This document shows, piece by piece, positions 58,399 through 64,000 of a stretch of DNA of 64,000 nucleotides. The stretch is from Clostridia bacterium (GTDB lineage Bacteria; Bacillota; Clostridia; Oscillospirales; Acutalibacteraceae), in NCBI GenBank assembly GCA_017548045.1, contig JAFYNR010000010.1, forward strand, positions 35,271-99,270, written 5' to 3'. Position 1 is the stretch's first letter; each line of letters starts with the position of its first letter. The position numbers and the translations under genes were made by a program. The notes under the pieces were generated by a model that made no database searches, was not told the DNA's origin, and worked only from the letters and a program-made list of their open reading frames with translations.

Positions 58399-59493
58399 TT
58401 ATACAAGAGGTATTTCCATAGGCATACCGCCCTGCACTGCGGATTCGTGAGCGATGATACCGGGAAGTGACATATTGATTGCAAAATCAACATCAAGCTC
58501 GGGTCTTCTGCCCTCAACAAGACAATCAATGAAGTCCTTTACCATTTTGCCGTCTGCACCGCCGTGACCGCTTGTATCCTCGCCCTCATAGCTTGAGGTA
58601 ACGGGAATATCAATTTTTGAGTTTGCACCGAAGGTGCCGGGCACACTGTGAAGGCTTGCAAGGGTATGTGCCTCGTCAACAACCTTTCTGCGGTCTGTTT
58701 CGAGAGTACCTCTCGTTCCGCAGATACGGTAGTTATGGTCATAGGCTGTGTATGCACCGAAGCTTACGAGAAGTCTGATAACCGCACCCTTTGCGGTTTT
58801 GAAGAGCGCAACGCCCGTTTCCTTGCGTTCAGGGGTATAGGGGTCATAATGAACATCTGCTTCCATACAAGTTACACTGACTACCTTATCGTTCATAACG
58901 TAAAGGAGAGGACCAAGCTCGTGAGTAAGGTAACGGATTGCGGGCTGATAGGTTCTCCAGTGGCCTTCGGGGTAGTATGTAGGTGAAAACTCGTCGGGAT
59001 TAAGAGCGTGAAGGTATTCTGCCTCGGCATATGCGATTTCGCCCAGAAGTCCGTCTTCGTGCATCTTCTTCCAGGTCTGGATAAATGCCCAGTAGCAGCA
59101 GTTTTCAGCCGCCATATATGTAAGCTCGGGATGAACCGCAACAGCTTCTTTGAGTTCAACCGCTTCTTCAACGGAGTTCACCGAAGGAATTTCGCAAAGC
59201 ACGTGCTTGCCTGCGTCAAAAGCCTTGATAACGATGGGAACATGGTAAACTGCTTCCGTAGCAACAATAACCGCATCAATATCGGATTTAAGAAATTCGT
59301 CGTAATCGCTGAACTGAATAAGGTTTTTATCGTTCACCGCTTCGGAAAGCTCCTCATAACCCGACTTGAGAATAGCGGGATTATGGTCACATACCGAAAC
59401 AAGCTTTGCATTCTTCACATTTCTGAGGCAACGGGCAATGGCAGTACCTCTGCCGAGACCTACAACGCCTACTTTTATAATTTTATCGCTCAT
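58399..59493 (-). CDS. Gfo/Idh/MocA family NAD(P)-dependent oxidoreductase
   Basis: VGVVGLGRG, GKHVLCEIP, AENCCY, EAEYLH, GHGGAD. Confidence 0.88.
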   Translation of the reverse strand: MSDKIIKVGVVGLGRGTAIARCLRNVKNAKLVSVCDHNPAILKSGYEELSEAVNDKNLIQFSDYDEFLKSDIDAVIVATEAVYHVPIVIKAFDAGKHVLCEIPSVNSVEEAVELKEAVAVHPELTYMAAENCCYWAFIQTWKKMHEDGLLGEIAYAEAEYLHALNPDEFSPTYYPEGHWRTYQPAIRYLTHELGPLLYVMNDKVVSVTCMEADVHYDPYTPERKETGVALFKTAKGAVIRLLVSFGAYTAYDHNYRICGTRGTLETDRRKVVDEAHTLASLHSVPGTFGANSKIDIPVTSSYEGEDTSGHGGADGKMVKDFIDCLVEGRRPELDVDFAINMSLPGIIAHESAVQGGMPMEIPLV

Positions 59494-59561
59494 ATCAAAT
59501 CTCCTTTTCGCGGATATGACATCATTATATAGCACTTTTGGCGATTTGTCATTACTTTTTA

Positions 59562-59590
59562 TTGAAAATGTTTTTAATTTGTTTTATAAT
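59562..59590 (+). promoter_or_regulatory. sigma-A promoter of the TetM-like gene
   Basis: TTGAAA-N17-TATAAT, about 28 nt before the start codon. Confidence 0.6.
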
Positions 59591-59618
59591 GGCACTATCA
59601 TCGGAAAGGAGAATTGCA

Positions 59619-61631
59619 ATGCCTGACAGAATCCACAACATCGGTATACTTGCCCACGTAGACTCGGGTAAAACAACGCTGACAGAACAGCTGCTTTACC
59701 TTACGGGTGCAATACGCAGTGCAGGAAGCGTTGACTCTGGCACTGCCGCAACGGACAGCCTTGCGGTTGAAAAGCAAAGAGGAATTTCCGTTCGCACCGC
59801 AACGGCAAGCACCGTATGGAAAGGCATTACAATTAATATAATCGACACTCCCGGTCACGTTGACTTTGCAGGTGAGGTTGAGCGTGCCCTTACGGCACTT
59901 GACTATGCGGTTGTTATAATCTCCGCTGTTGAGGGTGTGCGTGCACATACCGAAACAATTCTCAAATCACTTGAAACCGCAAACCTTCCCTATGCGGTAT
60001 TCATCAATAAAATTGACCGTGCAGGCTCCGACGTAAAATCCGTGCTCAGCGAGCTCAAACAGACCGTCACAAGGCAATGCTTTATGCTTACCGTGCCGGA
60101 AAATGAGGGCCTTGAAAACCCTTCGGTAAAATCCTTCGGCGAAAAAGATTTTTCGCTTGCCGCAACCGAAGTGCTTGCGGATATCTGCGATGAAGCGGCA
60201 GATTTGTTCCTTGAAGAAAAATCACTTGATTACAACCGTGCAAAAGAGCTTATCCGTGAAGAAATTGCGGCGTGCAAGGTAACGCCTGTTATGTGCGGCA
60301 GTGCAAAAAATTCAATCGGCGTCAGAGAGCTTGCGGATATGCTGACAGACCTTATGCCCTCGGCAAAGCGGAGAGCAACCGACGGCTTATGCGGAGTGAT
60401 TTTCAAAATCGAGCACGATAAAACTCTGGGTAAGATTTCTCACATAAGACTTTTCGGCGGTGAAATTTCAAACCGTGACGAAATTCAGCTTATCTCCCCC
60501 GCCGTTAAACAGATTGCCGAAAGCGATGCTGTTGAAACGGAAGAAAAGCCTGCAACAAAAGAAAAGATTTCTCAGATAAAAAGCTTTTCGGGCGCTAAAT
60601 ACACGGATTCGGGCATTGTAAAAAGCGGTGATATCGGTGCCGTCTGCGGATTGCCTTCTGCAAAAACAGGCTTTTTCGTAGGCTCACTTGCGGTGAGCAG
60701 CAACGCAAAGCTTGTTAACCCGTTTCTGCGTGTAAAGGTTACTCCCTCCGACGGCGATATGCTTAAACTGCCTGCCCTTGCGGCGGCATTGGGTGAGCTT
60801 TCAGACGAAGAACCGTATATTGATGCAAAATGGGAAAACGGTCAGAAAGAAATTACCATAAGCACAACGGGTAAAATTCAGCTCGAGGTGCTTGATAACC
60901 TCATCAAGGAGCGTTACGGTCTTTCGGCAAGCTTTTCACCGCCTACGGTTATCTATAAAGAAACCCCCTCGGGCAAGGGCTTTGCACGCGCAAGATACAC
61001 AATGCCAAAGCCCTGCTGGGCTGTGGTTGAGTTTTTGTTTGAGCCGATGCCCAGGGGCTACGGCGTATCCTACCACGGCAGACTGCCCTCAAACCAATGC
61101 TTTTACAGATATCAGTCACATATCCGCACATCCTTCAACTCCTGCCTTGAACAGGGGCTTTACGGCTGGGAGGTTACGGATTTCAAATGTACTCTTGTGG
61201 GCGGCGAGCATCACACAATCCACACTCATCCTCTGGATTTCTTCGTGTGCACGCCTATGGCGTTTATGAACGGGCTGAGCGAAATCGGTTCAATAATTCT
61301 TGAACCTCTGCTGAAAATCCGTATTTCCGCACCTGCCGAGCTTTCGGGCAAGCTGCTTTCGGAAATTGTAAGAACGGGCGGCGAATACGATTCACCCGTT
61401 ATACGCTCGGATAACGTTATTCTTGAAGCAATCGTGCCTGTTGCAACCTCTATGGATTTACCTGCACGTCTTGCAATACTTTCATCGGGCAAGGCGGTGC
61501 TCAATCAGACGTTTTACGGCTACCGTGAATGCCGTGACGGGCTTGAACATATTAACCCCAGACGGGGTGTTAACCCTCTTGACCGTTCAAAATGGATTCT
61601 CTACGCAAGAGGCGCATATCAGAAGGACTGA
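59619..61631 (+). CDS. TetM/TetO-like (EF-G paralog) translational GTPase
   Basis: NIGILAHVDSGKTTLTE, QRGIS, DTPGH.DF, NKID, VIYKETP, EQGLYGWEVTD, ILEP, RRGVNPLDRSK. Confidence 0.85.
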   Translation: MPDRIHNIGILAHVDSGKTTLTEQLLYLTGAIRSAGSVDSGTAATDSLAVEKQRGISVRTATASTVWKGITINIIDTPGHVDFAGEVERALTALDYAVVIISAVEGVRAHTETILKSLETANLPYAVFINKIDRAGSDVKSVLSELKQTVTRQCFMLTVPENEGLENPSVKSFGEKDFSLAATEVLADICDEAADLFLEEKSLDYNRAKELIREEIAACKVTPVMCGSAKNSIGVRELADMLTDLMPSAKRRATDGLCGVIFKIEHDKTLGKISHIRLFGGEISNRDEIQLISPAVKQIAESDAVETEEKPATKEKISQIKSFSGAKYTDSGIVKSGDIGAVCGLPSAKTGFFVGSLAVSSNAKLVNPFLRVKVTPSDGDMLKLPALAAALGELSDEEPYIDAKWENGQKEITISTTGKIQLEVLDNLIKERYGLSASFSPPTVIYKETPSGKGFARARYTMPKPCWAVVEFLFEPMPRGYGVSYHGRLPSNQCFYRYQSHIRTSFNSCLEQGLYGWEVTDFKCTLVGGEHHTIHTHPLDFFVCTPMAFMNGLSEIGSIILEPLLKIRISAPAELSGKLLSEIVRTGGEYDSPVIRSDNVILEAIVPVATSMDLPARLAILSSGKAVLNQTFYGYRECRDGLEHINPRRGVNPLDRSKWILYARGAYQKD

Positions 61632-61644
61632 AAGGAAGATTTTT

Positions 61645-62952
61645 ATGAATAAAGATATTTTTACGGCAGGTGCCGCACGTGAAATAACCACTCCCGAAAT
61701 CGGAACCTTTCTTTACGGTTACAGACCGGATAACGCAAGCACCTGCGTCAATGACGATTTATCCGTCACAGCCCTTGCCGTAAGCCAAAATGGTCAGACC
61801 GCACTTATGCTCACGGCGGAAATCGGTGATATCCAGACGGCACTTTGCAATGAGCTTGCAGGCAGAATTGCAGAGGAATGCGGCATTGACAAAAAGAATA
61901 TTCTTATTTCCTCAACTCATACCCATTCCGCACCCAACCTTTCGGGCGTTGTGGGCTGGGGTGACATTGATACGGAATACTATAACGGCATTTTTGAGCC
62001 TGCCGCAATCCGTGCCGCAAAAAACGCACTTGCAAGCCTTGCACCTGCGGAAATTGCAATCGGCACAACAGAGAGTAAGGTAGGCATCAACCGCCGTCAG
62101 CAGCACCCGAACGGTGAAATTGGTCTGGGTCAGAACCCTCACGGCTGCTATGACCCCACAATGACGGTTTTAAGCATCAGAAATTCCGAAACGAAAGAAG
62201 GAATCCTCAACCTTATTCACTACGGCTGTCACGGCACGAGCGCAGGTGTAGGCGGCGAAATCACCCGTGACTGGTCGGGAATTATGATTGACCGCGTTCA
62301 GGCGGAAACGGGAACTCTCACCGCATTCTGGAACGGTGCAATCGGTGACGTGGGTCCCCGTCTTACAAACGGCGAAACCACGGGCAATATAAAATTCACA
62401 AACGAGCTGGGAGGCGTTGCGGCTTTTGACGCTATGAGAGCATACCGTTCAAAGGGCGGATATCACCCGGGCAGGCTCGAGGTAATCAGCGATAAGGTTT
62501 CACTGCCCCGAAAGTCAATGCCCTGCGCCGAAGAAGTCAAAGCAAAACTTGATGAATACACCGAGCCCGAAAAGCTGATTAACATTCAGAGGCTTGAGTA
62601 TGAGCATTACAAAGCAGTATATGAGCATCTCAAAAACGGCGGAAATCCCCATGCGGATAATTTTGAATTTGAGCAAACCCTTGTTTCACTGGGCGATGTC
62701 ATATTTATCCCCTTCCCCTTCGAGATGTTCAGCGAAATCGCACTGCGTCTGAGGGAATATTCGGATTACCCCTACACCCTCTCACTTTCCTGCACCAACG
62801 GATACACCGTTTATCTTCCGTCGGAAGACCAGCTTTGCAGAGGCGGATATGAAGTGGGCTGTTTCCGTTTCGGCAGTCTTTTCCCTCTTGCAGACAACAC
62901 AGATCAGCACATCATTGCAGAAAATCTGCGTATTATGAATAAAATGAGGTAA
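61645..62952 (+). CDS. Neutral/alkaline ceramidase N-terminal-like hydrolase
   Basis: EITTP....LYGY, THTHSAP, YGCHGT, GAIGD, CTNGY..YLP, GGYE. Confidence 0.7.
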   Translation: MNKDIFTAGAAREITTPEIGTFLYGYRPDNASTCVNDDLSVTALAVSQNGQTALMLTAEIGDIQTALCNELAGRIAEECGIDKKNILISSTHTHSAPNLSGVVGWGDIDTEYYNGIFEPAAIRAAKNALASLAPAEIAIGTTESKVGINRRQQHPNGEIGLGQNPHGCYDPTMTVLSIRNSETKEGILNLIHYGCHGTSAGVGGEITRDWSGIMIDRVQAETGTLTAFWNGAIGDVGPRLTNGETTGNIKFTNELGGVAAFDAMRAYRSKGGYHPGRLEVISDKVSLPRKSMPCAEEVKAKLDEYTEPEKLINIQRLEYEHYKAVYEHLKNGGNPHADNFEFEQTLVSLGDVIFIPFPFEMFSEIALRLREYSDYPYTLSLSCTNGYTVYLPSEDQLCRGGYEVGCFRFGSLFPLADNTDQHIIAENLRIMNKMR

Positions 62953-62956
62953 CGCT

Positions 62957-64000
62957 ATGTACAGAATCGGTAGAGAAGAAATTGATGCAGTTGCACGTGC
63001 AATAAACACAAAGGACTTTTTCAAAATCAACGGCAGCGGCCAGGAGGTTATGAACTTCGAAGCGGAGTGGAAAACGTACACGGGTGCGGATTACTGCCTG
63101 CTTATGACATCGGGCTTCGGTGCAATCACATCGGCACTTATCGGTCTGGGCATCGGCCCCGGCGATGAGGTATCGTGCCCGGCTATACTTATATCGCTTC
63201 GGCACTTGCGGTTACTGCGGTAGGTGCAATCCCCGTTATTGCGGATATTGACGATACTCTTACCCTTGACCCCGTGGAGGTTGAAAAGAAAATTTCGCCT
63301 GCCACAAAAGCAATCATTCCCGTACACATTATGGGCTTCCCCTGTAACCTTGATGCAATCTGTAAAATTGCACAAAAGCACGGAATTGCGGTTGTTGAGG
63401 ATGCCTGCCAGTCAATCGGCGGTAAATACAAGGGCAGATTTCTCGGCACAATCGGTGACGCGGGCACATACAGTTTCAACTACTACAAGGTTATTACCTC
63501 GGGCGAGGGCGGTGCTCTCGTAACAAAGAGGAGCAAAATATTTGAGCGTGCGCTGATTTACCACGATGCAAGTGCTGTTGCATTCTTCGGCAAGCAGCTC
63601 GACGGCATCAGCGAGCCTCTTTTCGGCGGCACCGAGCTTCGTGTTTCGGATATCACGGGTGCAATTCTCCGTGAACAGTTAAAAAAACTCCCCTCAATCA
63701 TTGCAGACCTTCACAAAAATAAATTTGCTCTGATTGAGAGACTTTCTGACAAATCGCTTGTTGCACCCTCCCACGACAGTGAAGGCGACTGTGCAACAAC
63801 CCTTGCTCTTCGTTTTGACACGGAAGAAAGCTGCAAGGCATTTGCCGACAGATGCGGAGAAAAAGGGCTTGCAATAACAATACCCATCAACACAGGCAAG
63901 CACATTTACACAAACTGGACACAGATTATGGAAAAGCGCGGTGCAATGCACCCTGCAATGGATCCCTTCAGAATGGAGGCAAACAAGGATTTGCAGCATA
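62957..64000 (+). pseudogene. DegT/DnrJ/EryC1/StrS PLP aminotransferase with a 1-nt deletion at ~63171; runs off the window end
   Basis: Frame 2 reads ...GIGPGDEV; frame 1 continues IVPGYTYIASALA...VEDACQS...SFNYYKVITSGEGG and stays open to 64000. Confidence 0.8.

Noticed and set aside
59619-61631. Calling this gene tetM/tetW on a conjugative element
   Set aside because: Lacks the YSPVST loop, the leader peptide and any Tn916-like flanking genes.

Overview
Gene-dense chromosomal segment of moderate GC from an anaerobic, probably spore-forming Clostridia bacterium (gene content and sigma-A promoters suggest a gut Oscillospirales/Ruminococcaceae-like organism; the taxonomy is inference). About 55 CDS. 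Carbohydrate enzymes: GH36, two GH3, two GH29, GH2, ROK and BadF-type kinases, SIS isomerase. Housekeeping genes: DAHP synthase, prmA, yhaM, tcdA, fakA-like, recG. Also three ECF S-components (ribU lies under an FMN riboswitch) and a BlaI/BlaR1-like pair with twin operators. A SCIFF/ranthipeptide locus (the 51-aa precursor is missing from the ORF track) is preceded by a ~180-nt rod-like hairpin and followed by a PLP decarboxylase and an OPT transporter plus a stand-alone PqqD/RRE gene. The right end holds an RPH-like PEP-utilising phosphotransferase, a divergent TetM-like GTPase and a frameshifted DegT aminotransferase. No transposase, integrase, phage genes, CRISPR array, rRNA or tRNA were recognised. 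The best candidates for something undescribed are the SCIFF/OPT/PqqD neighbourhood with its structured upstream element, the TetM-like GTPase with an altered domain IV loop, and the ECF S-component embedded between two fucosidase genes. All functional calls come from motif recognition only; no searches were run.
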